A DNA stretch of 64,000 nucleotides, taken from Camelus ferus (lineage: Eukaryota). The stretch is from the NCBI RefSeq assembly GCF_009834535.1, contig NC_045697.1, positions 25,174,001 to 25,238,000 of the forward strand, in the 5' to 3' direction. Positions 24,691-37,029 of the stretch are shown piece by piece. The position numbers were made by a program, and so were the translations under genes. The stretch's first letter is position 1. Each line of letters begins with the position of its first letter. The notes beneath the pieces are model-generated. The model saw only the letters and a list, made by a program, of their open reading frames with translations. It did not search any database and was not told where the DNA came from.

Positions 24691-25780
24691 TGCATCTCTA
24701 TCTTAACACTCCTTCTCTATCTTCCAGTCAGCACAGAAATGCCAGTTTCTCCTTGCAAGTTGAAGAATTTTAAGAAAATGAGTGAATTTCTTTTTTGGTG
24801 GCTTTACCAGATATTCTCAGAATCTTTGGACTGAATTAGTCCAACTTCTATAACAAATAATTGGGGCTATAAGGATGCAAAGCCTGATGATACTGGGTCT
24901 GGGCCAGATATCTAAATGTTAACATTGGAATCTTTTGCTAGAATAAGGGAGGTACCCAGCAAAAGTCTAATCTGTGTCACTCCCATTTTATTAATCATGT
25001 AACTTTTATTTTAAAATAAACCTCTTTCTGTAAAATGTTAAGCTACCTATTCTTCAAGTTAAACTAAATTTTAATGAATAATTATCTTATTGAGATGTTC
25101 TCATTCAGATAGACTGAAGAGGGGGTTACAAGAAGGATTAGAGTTAAGCTTCCCCAGCTGTCCTTTTTGCCACAATAATGAAAACCTTTCTTCAAAATGG
25201 AAGCAGACAAATAAAATATTTGCAGTGAATTGAAGAGACAATATTTTATGTATAAGAGCAAAACTTTAAGTGGAAAGTATATATGTCAATGTTTGAAGTT
25301 TAGGAACACTTTGATATTAATAGATTTTTATAAACAGTCTGCTTTATATTTCTCTTTTTGTTTAAAATACTCGATATGAAATTATTTCAGGCATTCTTTC
25401 CATGCCCTGAAGTAAACCGGAAAGAAACAGATACTAAGAGAATGCTGATTTGTAGTTTGTGCCAGTAAAAGTTAATTTTCAGTTAGAAAATGATTAATCT
25501 TCTTAAGCTGAACATGGTATTTATTTCCTGACGCATGCAGACATAAACATTCCGAGATATGCATAGCTCTAAACTTGTTATACTTTTTTTTAAATTCTTT
25601 CACATTAGTTCTTAATTTTGCTTGACATCCTTCCTCTCTACCTTTGAGTCACAAGCTTTTAGAATAGTTTCCTTAAATGGAATGCCAATTTTTCCTATTT
25701 GTTCCTGTTCTTCTTCTCAAATGCTTTTAATCTAACTACAAAGTATGGTCTGAAGACTTAGATACTACTTTGTTGCTTAA

Positions 25781-25834
25781 GTGTTTTATAAAACAATGCG
25801 TGTTTTATAAAACAATCCATGTTTTCAAGAACAC
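25781..25834. repeat. 19-bp tandem repeat of a palindromic unit
   Basis: gtgttttataaaacaatgc / gtgttttataaaacaatcc plus a degenerate third copy. Confidence 0.9.
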
Positions 25835-27994
25835 AGTCTTCATACTTCCAATATTAAGATACTTGTCTGTCTCATCAACAGAATTATATGCGGTAGTAAA
25901 TTGTCTCTTGTAGATAAAATTTATTTATTCCTCTTAATAGATCTTAATATTTCTGATCAAGCTTATAATAACATTCTTCAGATTTCAGAGTTAATCTGGC
26001 AAGACCAGCATCTCTAAGTCTAAGAAGACAAAGAAATTGCTGGAGTGCCACATTATTTCCAGATAGTGTTTTGAAAGACCATTGATATAAATGGTGTGCA
26101 TTTATTTCTGAATCTGCTTGAGCTGTTCATGTATCTTTAGACTACTTCTTTGCAGGGGTAGGCATGGAGTACCATGTAATTTGGCTGTGTTGTGTGATAA
26201 ACCTTTAGGATGAATTATAGATTTAAAACGACAATTCATTCTATAATGGGTGAATGAACTAATGTAAGAATGAATCCATAGTGACTATTTAAAATAGAAT
26301 TCAAGAAAAAGAACACTTTATTTGCTTCATAAAAGCCTATGAGGCATTGCTGTTGAATAACGTAAGCAGAATGCAGCCAGATAAATCTTCTTAATTTACA
26401 TCTAGGGCTTCATTATGCATATTTAATAGCACTCTGCAGAACTTTAATTTACAGACTTTTGGAATTTTACCAGTCCCAAACGTAGTGCTAAACATGCCTG
26501 TTGGAACATTTAACTGAAGTAAGTCACCGGAGATTTCCTTAACGAGCGCAGAATTATCAGTTATTTGCATTCCTTGTAGATTTAAAGCAAAGGGGCCTAT
26601 TAACAAGATAATGGCAAATGCTTTTTGAATGCAAGTATTTCTCTGGAACCATTCACTGTCAGGCACAACTCAGAGTATACATTTTCAAGTTTGCATTGAA
26701 ATTAAGTTACCATTTGTTCACCTCATATAAATAGGTGACATTAAGTAGTCACATGTTGAATTGTGTCCAATGAATCAACTTAAAAGAACCACCTGATATT
26801 ACCTAGAGACTACATCTTGAGTGTGAATCGATCTTGCCACTTACCATGTACGTAATTGATAAGAGTATATACAATAAAAATTTAATACCTGCTATGTAAG
26901 TGTTTTCAGTAAATCAGATTATTCCAACCTTAAACAAAGTGAAATTATCAGTATTTTTCGTCTTTTTGAGAAGGTTCTGGTTCAAGAAGTTTGGTACTGA
27001 ATGTGTGCATTCCAATTCAGTAAAACACAAGTGTCAGCTGTTTGTTCTTTTCACGAAACTCACTAAATTATGATTTATAAATATGAGAGAGGTAGGCTGA
27101 TGATGTAAAATTGTAAAACTGACATTTGTTGAAAGAGAAACATTTATCTGTGATTATTTTGCTTTGACTTCATTTTTCCTTCTAAACGCCTGAATAATCT
27201 GTCTACCCATGTGTATAGGGGAATGATGGGTTTAATCTTAGAACACACATAATGGGGTAATTGATTTCCATTATGAGGCATGTAATACATTTGCCACAGT
27301 TAAATAGCATTGCTAAGTAAATCCCTGAAATTAGGATACATTAGATGTTAGCATGCTGCTCATTAGCCAGAGTTCTAGGCCTTGCCAAACATACAGTCAC
27401 TTTTTAGTTCCATCATGCAGATGAATGTCTCTTTTCTGTAGCTCTGTAGATAATATATGTCTCTTGAGCCTAAGACATTGCCCTGTCCTGTGTGTAGCTC
27501 GTTGTCGTCGTGAAAAAGGCAGTGATCAGCATCGCATTTGGTTGTATCTCCGAGGAGACTATTAAAGCACATAAACAGGCTCTCCCTTCACCCTTCCTCT
27601 CAATAAGGCAGCAGTTGCCTGTGAAGTTGTTGTTGTTGTAGTTGTCATTGTCGTTGTCATTGTTTTTTCTTCTTCTTCAACTTTTGAAAGATACCAAAAT
27701 GAAAACCTTTAGGCAAAGGAGAGGAATAATTCATCCATGACTATTGAAATGTAGGTTTATTTTAGGGGTGAGGATGTTCAGCTTTCTCTTTCACTGAAGT
27801 TTTTCTTGTTTACAAAATAGGGTAGATACATGGTGCATAAATGTAAGGACAAGTGTGCAGAGTGAGTACTGATGCCAGCTGCTCACACTCACTCATGCCA
27901 CCATAATACTGTGATAGAATCAGCTGGGCTTTGTGTCGACTCAGACACCGAAGAGCTCGTGTTCCTGTTTCTAGTGTGTTGAATGGCTTGTACA

Positions 27995-28190
27995 CCTTGG
28001 AAGCAGAAGACTTGGGTTTGGATTTCAGCTCAGTATATGTACCTAAATAACTTCAGTTTCCTAGTGTGTAAACAAACAACAAAAGAGAGCCTGTTTCCTC
28101 ATCTGTTACCATCACATAAAATCATCATAAATATTCAGAAGCTGTATGTAAAGTGCATTTGACGTGGAAGCTGTGAGAGCTATTATCATA
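27995..28190 (+). mobile_element. MIR SINE (degraded)
   Basis: gaagacttgggtttggatttcagctc; gagcctgtttcctcatctgt. Confidence 0.65.
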
Positions 28191-29227
28191 ACATTACTGA
28201 ATTACGTTTATTACAACTGACATTATTGTCATTTTGCTTGGTGTCCATTTTTAAATTCCAGAATTCCTACTTGACTTCTGTGGGTGGATACTTCTTCTGT
28301 AATTTAATATCAACATCTCTGATCATAAATGGTGCTTCCTAGGACACAAGGTGCCTTCACCCAGTAAGCTTTTGGAAATGAGGAAATAATATTGAGAACT
28401 TGACTCTGTACTGTAAGTTACCATATAGTGGAAAAGAATAGAGGTGGGTGAATATCAGTTTGCAATGTGAATGACTGTGTTAGTATTTATTCTAGTACAT
28501 ATATATATGGTATGTGTACTGTATGGAATGATATATAAGTATGTGGTTCTACAATTATATGCATGAATGACTCATTGTGGATGGTGTTGCTTGGCAAATA
28601 AAGAATAGAAGATTCATATATACACATATTAGCACCACTTGTCCAAAGACTCAGGGTTAATTTGGATATCTTCCTGGTAAGCAAACCCCAAAAATGGAGA
28701 ATGGTATGTTGGGCTACCAGAACCTGATATTACTCATGTGTCATATAACTAAATCAATTTGCACCATTTCCATGCTAATAGAAATTCCAATTATAATTGG
28801 ACTTCCCATAAAGCATGCACAGAGTGAGAGAAGGATAGTGAAGCTGATCTGATTCTAAGAATTATATTTCTTCTTATAAAAAGTGAATTGACATTGTGAC
28901 ATTCTGTATCCTTTTCTCATAAGCTTTTTTATTATGAATTAGAATCCTTAAATTTCATTACTTTGGGGACACGTAATATCAACTTTCTGTGCCTTAAAGA
29001 TTGAGGATTAAAACTACGCTTGGCAAATCCACACAGATCAAAGCCATCTGGTGAAGATCTCTTTGGGCATCCCTCCAGTTTCCCCCTGGTCAAGTCCTTC
29101 TCGTAATTCTGGTACAGAATATTACATTTTCAATTGCATTCTCCAAAGCATAACAACATACTACTTTTCTTGTTTTGCAAATATCAGTTGCAGTCCTTCT
29201 AATAAACCCTTCTAATGAAACACACTG

Positions 29228-29420
29228 ATTGAGTTCAAATTTTGCTCTAATTCTTACTAGCTGAAGGATTTATGACAAAGTATTTAGCTATTTTTGGCCT
29301 CAGTTTCTTCACTTGTGTAATGGATAATAATGTTACATTACTCTTAGTGTTTTATGAAGATTAATTGGTTGAATGTAAGACAAGGCTTGCTCTGTAGTAA
29401 GCCTTGTACGGCTTTTGTTA
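29228..29420 (+). mobile_element. MIR SINE
   Basis: gagttcaaattttgctct..cttactagctg..gcctcagtttcttcacttgtgtaatggataataat. Confidence 0.8.
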
Positions 29421-29599
29421 ACTATCTTTGGACCATTTTCTGCACATAAAACCGATTAGCAAATTCTGTCAATTCTGTCATTATAACGTCACTTAAAGCA
29501 ATTCTTGCTTCTTGAAATTTACCCCCTACTGCCTTGATTTTGTTCTTTACACTCATATATAAACTACTGTAATATTTCCTAGAATTCTCAGCCTGCCTA

Positions 29600-30400
29600 A
29601 AATATTTTCCCATTCTGATTCCACACTGCCTCTACCAGTTTTCTTCTTTAAAACATGCATCTGATCATTAAACTTCTCCTTGTATTTAACAGTCAGTGAG
29701 TATTGCTTATAGAGTGAATTCCAAACTCTGCAGTAAGACATCCTAGACCATCCACAATCTGTTCCTAATCTCACTCTTCAGCCTCATTTCACATTATGTC
29801 CTTCAAAATCACTGCAATCTAATTATACTCTTCTGCTGGTCCCCAAATGTGCCAACCAAGTTTTCAGGTGGGAATAGCTGCTGTGCTGTTGTTAAGAGCT
29901 TGAGTACTGAAATCAGACTTCTTCAGGCTCAGTCCCCACTGGTATCACTTATTTGATGGTGACCTTTGGCAAATCATTTAATCTCATAGTTTCCTGAATG
30001 TCAATTTCCTAGAAAAATAAGAACAATCTCATAGAATTAAATGAGATAATATATGGCCTTTGGCATTGTGTTTGATACTCATTATGTCATAAGAAGATAT
30101 CTGTTATTTTTAGATTGCCTATTGTTTCCTTAGCCCAAACACTGCTACAATTTCCCATAATAATGTTTTCCCATTATGCAAGGACCAAATTAAATGCCAG
30201 TAGTACATTAAATGTGTCCGTCCTGTCCCTCAAAAGACAGCATAAGGTATTTCTGTTGTAGAACCCATGTATCATATTAATTTTATTTATATTTAGAATT
30301 CAAAATTATTTGTTTATATGCCTTTTTCTCATCTTAGACCATCAGTTCATTAAAGGAAGAAACCATGTCTTATTAATCTATCTCCTCCAGCCCATTCCAA
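29600..30400 (+). mobile_element. L2 fragment split by a MIR
   Basis: ccacactgcc..aaaacatgcatctgatca..tccaaactc..cttcagcctcattt; resumes after 30110 (ttagaccatcagttcattaaaggaagaaaccatgtctt). Confidence 0.7.
29878..30110 (+). mobile_element. MIR SINE nested in L2
   Basis: gttaagagcttgagtactgaaatcagact..gtgacctttggcaaatcatttaatctc..gaattaaatgagataat. Confidence 0.8.
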
Positions 30401-30529
30401 TCAAAATGCTGCCTTAAAATGCCAGGCCCTCTGAAGGAAAGTATCCCTTGCTAGAAACAAACTGAGGAAGGAAGACAAATCGGGCCTCCACGTCTCATAT
30501 TCTGATGCATTTTCCACTTCACATTCAAC

Positions 30530-30740
30530 CCACTGCTCTTCCCATGTGGTTCGCCAGCTCTGTGGCTTTGGGGAAATTGCTTATTCCATCTAAGACTCAG
30601 TTTCTTCATCTGCATTGCACTCATAATGAGTGTACCTGTTTCATAGGCCGTCACGAGGATTAAATAAGATGATTCATGCAGCACGGTGATCATCCCTGTA
30701 GTGAGTGCTCAGCCATGCTTACGAATTGTTACCATCAGTA
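30530..30740 (+). mobile_element. MIR SINE
   Basis: agctctgtggctttggggaaattgctt..ctcagtttcttcatctg..gaggattaaataagatga. Confidence 0.8.
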
Positions 30741-31399
30741 TTTTTCAGCTGAATTACGATTTGGGATGAGAAAGAAGAGAGGCTAGAGAATATAATCGTT
30801 TCTTCTTTCCACGTCTAATATAGGAAGGAAAATGTGTGCCTTATCACTCTACCACAACAGTTGCAAAATGGACACTGGGGAAATTGTGAGATTTCACCGG
30901 ATGAATGATACCCAAAATGTCAAATGCAAATGTGTTTTCCTCAAGACAACTTACAAAAAAGCAATTATTCATTCTTGGTTAAATCCTAGAAATCTTTCAG
31001 AAACTAAATACACTAAAATAAAATAAAACTAGTTGAAAAAACCCTCCAATAAAGTGGTATATGTCTACTATTAAAGTATGTAGGTAAGATGGGATGGCAT
31101 TCCCCTTGCTGTCTTTGTTAAATTCTCTTGTGGTATGTATCATTGGTCAGTGAAATGCAGATTTGGAATCATCTTTTGATATTTTAACATTAGGACATTA
31201 TTATAAAGATTTATTTAGGTAATAGGTATCTGACCCAAGGAGCAAACTTCATTAATTCCACTTATGCCATTTCTGTGATAACCACCCCCAATATATGCCC
31301 TATAACAAATCATGTCTATGCATTTTAGGGAAAAAAAAAAGTGTTTTGTTAACTTTTGATTCTATTTCCTCTTTCCCTGATACATGTTGAAATGATTAG

Positions 31400-31575
31400 C
31401 AGAGGTTTTCAAAATGAGGTCTAAGATTCACATGGTGTGCTCAGTTAAAAAGGCAGGGATTTGGTTCCATCCCAGACCTGCTAATCTGCATTTCTTGGAG
31501 TGAAGAGGCTTGAAATCTGAATTTTAACTGGTTTCACAGATAACGTTTATACGCATCAAGAAGTGAGAACCAATG
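31400..31575. mobile_element. MER5-type hAT-Charlie MITE
   Basis: cagaggttttcaaa ... cccagacctgctaatctgcatttct..gaaatctgaattttaac ... tgagaaccaatg (degenerate TIRs). Confidence 0.75.
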
Positions 31576-33076
31576 AATTAGATTGATGCTATTTAGAAAA
31601 ATATATTTATGGATATTTTCCAATTTTCAAACAGATTTATATAAGAGAACATAAATACATTTTGGAAGTTTTTTTCCCCTACCATTTAGTATGGTCCTCA
31701 CAGTTCCTAGAATTTTAGTATTATGTTGTTTCTGAGGCCAGCTTGTGTTAACAACCAATTCGGTACTGTTTCATTTCATAAAATATTGTTCAGTTTTATA
31801 CTGAATCCACAATGCTGCCTCAGCGGTTTGAACTACTCTACAAAGCAATTACAGATCTCCCTGCTTCTGGAGTGTCCTTTGAAAACTCAAGCCTTTCTCT
31901 ATAATCTGAGACTTTTGTTGCAAGTACCTTTGTAAATGCACTCAAATCCTTGTAAGTCTGGCCTTTTTCTTCATCTGATGGTGTCAGTATGTGTAGCAGG
32001 CATTACATTTTACTCATCCTTAACAGCAATAAATAGCTCATTTACCTTTCTCTTACTCTAATTTTTAATTGTTTTTCTATTTTTGAGAGCTTGGTGTCTG
32101 TTTGTTTATTTGTTTGTTTTAAGACATAATTCTACTTCCCATTAAAATCTCCAAATAAGTTAATTAGTTCAGAGACTCATCTGATACTCAGACAAGTACT
32201 ACGTGTTTGACTACATATTTAAGAGGTTGAAATTTAATTATTTAATTATTGCTCAGTGAATCAGGTCAGTGGAAGCAGTCAGTCCCTTCTCAAATTGCTT
32301 GTAACACACAAACAAAATACCATACCTGTACCCAACAACTCTGCTGTGTTTTGTAGCTCTGAAAATTTGCCCCCAAAATAGTGCATTTTAAAACTTCATC
32401 TGATTATTGATCAAGTGTTCTTAGTCAGGGATACTGAATGAATTAAAGAATGAAACCCAAGTTTAAATAATTTTCGTATTCCACATGGTATTATCCCAAT
32501 GAATTAGGGGTAGGATATATATTATACTTAACATATATATTTCTATTTTGATTTTTTTTATAAACAATTGAATAATTATCAAGTTAACATAATTAGTCAG
32601 TTTCATCTAATTAGTTGTTACAGTGAAATATTTAAATATGAGAAGATTGAATCACATGATCTAAATTTGGAAAAAAAAATAGTTTCTATTGAAGTTGAAA
32701 TTCATGATTTATAACATCTGTAAGGGAAAGAAGGAAACCAATACTGACATTTGGGCTTGTTCTTTTACATTTGGAACTCAGTTATCAAGACCACTGATCC
32801 TCATACAACTAAAATAAGAAAGAACAGCACTCCATGAAAGAAAAGAGAGATGAAGACCACATTTGCTAAAAGAATGAGTGGGGGTTATAGTTTTTCCTTT
32901 GTCCACATACTGTCAGTTAGAACATACAGTGTCAGCGGATCCTTCTGAGAATAGAATCCTCTTAGTCTTCACTTACTAAGATCCAGAGATGGAAAAGAAA
33001 CTTATTAGGACCAGTTCTGTGAAACTTCATGAGTGTGAAAATCAGTGCAATAAGGATACCAAATAAAGAGATACAT

Positions 33077-33844
33077 CTTTAAGTTTGATTAGGTGCCATT
33101 TGTTTATTTTTACTTTTATCTATTTTGCCTTGGGAGTCTGATCTAGGAAAATGCTTCTATGATTTATGTTTGAGAAGATTTTTGCCTGTGTTCTCTTCTA
33201 GGAATTTTATGGTGTCATGTCTTATGTTTAGGTCTTTAAGCCAATTTGAATTTATTTTTGTATATGGTGTAAGGGAGTATTCTAATTTCATTGATTTGCA
33301 TAGCTGTCCAGCTTTCCCAACACCACTTGCTAAAGACACTATCTTTTCTCTATTGTATATTCTTGCCTCTTTTGTCATAGATTATGACCATAGGTGTGTG
33401 GGTTTATATCTGGGCTCTGTTCTGTTCCATTGATCTATATATCTGTTTTTGAGTCAATACCATGCTGTTTTGATTACTGTAGCTTTGTAGTATTGTCTGA
33501 AATCTGGGAGGGTTATGCCTGCAGTTTTGTTCTTTTTCCTCAGGATTGCTTTGACAATTCTGGATCTTTTATGGTTCCATATAAATTTTAGCATTATTTG
33601 TTTTAGTTCTGTGAAAAATGCCATGAGTATTTTGATAGGAATTGCATTAAATTTTAGATTGCTTTGGGTAGTATGGCCATTTTAATAATATTAATTCTTC
33701 CAATCTAAGAACATAGGCTATCTTTCCATTTCTTTGAATCATCTTCAATTTCCTTTATCAGTGTTTTATAGTTTTCAGCGTATAGGTCTTTCACCTCCTT
33801 GGTCAAGTTTATTTTTATGTTTTTTTTTCCCATGTAATTTAAAT
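33077..33844 (-). mobile_element. Young L1, inverted 5' segment (ORF2 C-terminal region)
   Basis: ORF 33157-33378 ([35 protein letters not shown]); visibly less decayed than the other copies. Confidence 0.93.
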
Positions 33845-34116
33845 CAGAATCTAAAAAAATACAAATAAATCTATATACAAAACAGAAGCAGGCTCACAGA
33901 CGTAGAAAACAAACTTATTGTTACCAAAGGAAAGGGGTGGGTGGGAAAGGGATAAATAAGGAGTACGGTATTAACAGATACAAACTACTATACATAAAAT
34001 AAATAAGCACCAATGATTTACTATATAGCTCAGGGAATTATATTCAGTATCTTACAATAATCTATAATGTAACATAATCTGAAAAATATATATAAAAGTT
34101 GGCAAAAAAAAAAAAA
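33845..34116 (+). mobile_element. Young L1 3' UTR (cetartiodactyl type) plus A-tract; sense segment of an inverted L1
   Basis: ctcacagacgtagaaaacaaacttattgttaccaaagg..gggataaataaggag..attaacagatacaaactactata..cagggaattatattcagtatctt, then an A-run. Confidence 0.9.
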
Positions 34117-37029
34117 TTCCCCTTGCTCCAAAGCATTTGTAGAGCATATGTAGAGGGGACATATTAAGTGAGGAGACTAGATAAGTGGACATTAGTAGGG
34201 AATCGAACCAGAGGTGGAGGCATTGACCAGCAAAAAGTGGTGTATCTATTGAGTTATCCATCCTACAACATTTTGGGGGAGCCCATTCCTGGGTGAGTGC
34301 AGAAGAGGATAGAGGAGTCAAGGCTGAGTGTCTAACTTTAACTGGTGGAAGCTTTTCATAGTCTACTGGTTTACTGGCTATAATTGTGCTATTATAATTT
34401 TGTCTATGAAAATAATTTGTGATACAGGCTTCAATGTGAATTTAAGACTAAATTGAAAAAATATAGATTTTCTGTTTTGTTTTCAGTCACTTTTTCTCTG
34501 TGCTTAATTCACAAGATTTATTGTTAAATAACCAAGATTGCTTTTAGGAATACGAAGACATGCTTGCAAAGTAAGATTCTATTGTTCTATAACTATTTTT
34601 ACTCTTCCCCAAGGAAAGTTAGCTGTAATTAGAAACAAGCAGGAACTAGTTAGATCTAATTAGAAAGTATACATTTTCTGTAATTGCTTGTTTTTTTTTT
34701 AAATCAGTCTTAGAGACATTCAAATTTCAACAATTAAAAAAACTCTTAAAGATGTTTTTTAATATGTTCTAAAATATTGATAATATTAACCATTTGTACA
34801 TTTGCCAGCTTTCTCTAGATTATTTTGTCTGGTAATCAAGTATATACAAAACAAATGTTTTACTGTCTAATTTTTTATATATGTTCCATGATTTAGAAGT
34901 TTTTACATGACTTACTACACGTTTGGATTTTCCAATGACTGATCATTTCCATCTGCCCATAACCACGTTCCTCCTCTCTCTTTTACATTTATCCAGAGAC
35001 ATTCAAAGCATTTTCTTAATCACTTTCATAAATTTTACAGGCATTACAAGAAAGCCAAAAAGTTCAAACAATAGCTTTGGCTTTGCCATGTGGTCTTTTA
35101 GATTTTGCTTTTCTCCTTAAGATCTTTAGGGTGAGTTTACAAAATCTAAACCTTTTAACAAACACATATAAAACATGCCTTTATACATACCTATGCATGG
35201 GGAAATTAGCAATAAATAAAGGATAGAAAAGTTCAGGTAAAATCTGAAAAGAGGCTGAACCTCAAAATGAGGAATTATATGCTCTCAGAGGATCAGTACA
35301 ATTTTGCCCAGATCTGTGAGTGATGTCCAGAAAGGAAAATGAGAGAAAGTAAACCTAAGCTCTGTCCACATAACAGTTTCTACAAGAAAACCAGGTCAGA
35401 GAACCTGTTCAATATCTATTTGTACCTAAGAAAGGTATTTATATACCTAAGAAAAGTATATAAATGACCCAGTGTATTAGCAAGTTGTTTGAAATTATCC
35501 ACTAAATACATACATAGATTTGATAAAGACCATACATATCTACTTTCATTTCCAATATTCACATGTTTGGCATTTACGGGACTACAGATTCTAGGAGACT
35601 ATACCACAGTATTTTAGTCATAATTTGATAAATACATGAATCATTTGAAAAAAATCAGAAGTATTTCTTTCTATGTGTGTCATTCAGTTTAAACTAGATG
35701 GTGCTATAGGACTAGACAGCCCCAAATCAGTCTATGGCTTAATTCACATCCACTCCCATATTCACATGTAGTGTTGCTAGTGTGTGCGTCTGTACACTCA
35801 ATCAGCAGTCACTGCACCACTGTAGGTCTCGGTGTCGGTGTCCTTTCAGAGCAGCTGTACTTCGTGTATGGCCCAGCCACCTAGGCTGCTTTACCCTTAC
35901 GCTGCTTCATCTCAGCATGAGGGCTTCTTTGCCACCAGAGCAGGAGATGACAAAGGTATTTCTATCTGTTTGTCTCGAATATCTCTCTATATATCTAAGC
36001 CATCTATCTTTCAGGTATGTATATGTGTGTATATTTATGGGTAATCATAACTTTGAAGATAAGAGAAGGAATATTGGAAAAGACAATTTGCCCTATTAAA
36101 TATTACTGACCATAATTTTCTTCACTGTCTTGAAACTCTTTAAAAGAATTCTGTTCATCATTGTTGACACAACATGTCTAATGCATTCCATCCATTTAAT
36201 GCATTTGATATGATTTAAACATTTTTTGTAGTTTATCTGTTAATGTGAAATCTCAACAAATAACCTATGGCTAGAATTTTATCATTGATTAGGCACCATA
36301 AAAACTGTCCATATTAAACTAAAGTTGTTAACATGCTATCTCTGAACTACCTATCAGTGAAATACCTAAAATATGAAAGCACTAAAGGTCTTTTTAAACT
36401 CCAGAACACAACATTCACATTGCTCTATGTTATGCTTTTTGGACAACAGAAATTTCATCTGTTATAGAGGCTGTTTTATCTTTAAATCACTTTTAGCAGC
36501 ATTTATTGACCATTGACTATGAGCATGAAGTAAAATAAATATTTTAGTAACTAGGTAGAATAGGATTCTATGATATTAGACTCTGGAGATATGTGATGGA
36601 TTGGTTAATAACATCAGGATTTTAAAAATCATTATATTCTAAAGAATGTGTCTGTTTCTCATTCAGTTATTTCCCAGTAGCTTGTACTGTGCCTCAGAAC
36701 TCATTAATAAGTTGCAAGTTGTCAAACATCATTTGAAGGTATAGAGATATACAATCAGATTATTAGGAATATATTATTCTTTAAAGGAAATGCCAGGAAA
36801 AATAATTGAGTGGAACTGCTTTTGAGATACTTATAAAGTGATATGAGCCCACTGACCATGGTTAACTAAATAATAAACCACTGGATTTTTGCTACTGAGA
36901 ATATGTACTCTTCCTTTTTCAAGAGCAGTTTTATTTTTCCTCCTGTTTTATAGAGTATTTAAGGAAACAATGAGTTTATGTGTTTGTTTTACCTCTAAAG
37001 ATCCTCCTCATGTATTTAATTAAAGTATG

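Noticed and set aside
25781..25834. CRISPR-like palindromic direct repeats
   Set aside because: There are no spacers, only 2-3 abutting units, and the context is mammalian.
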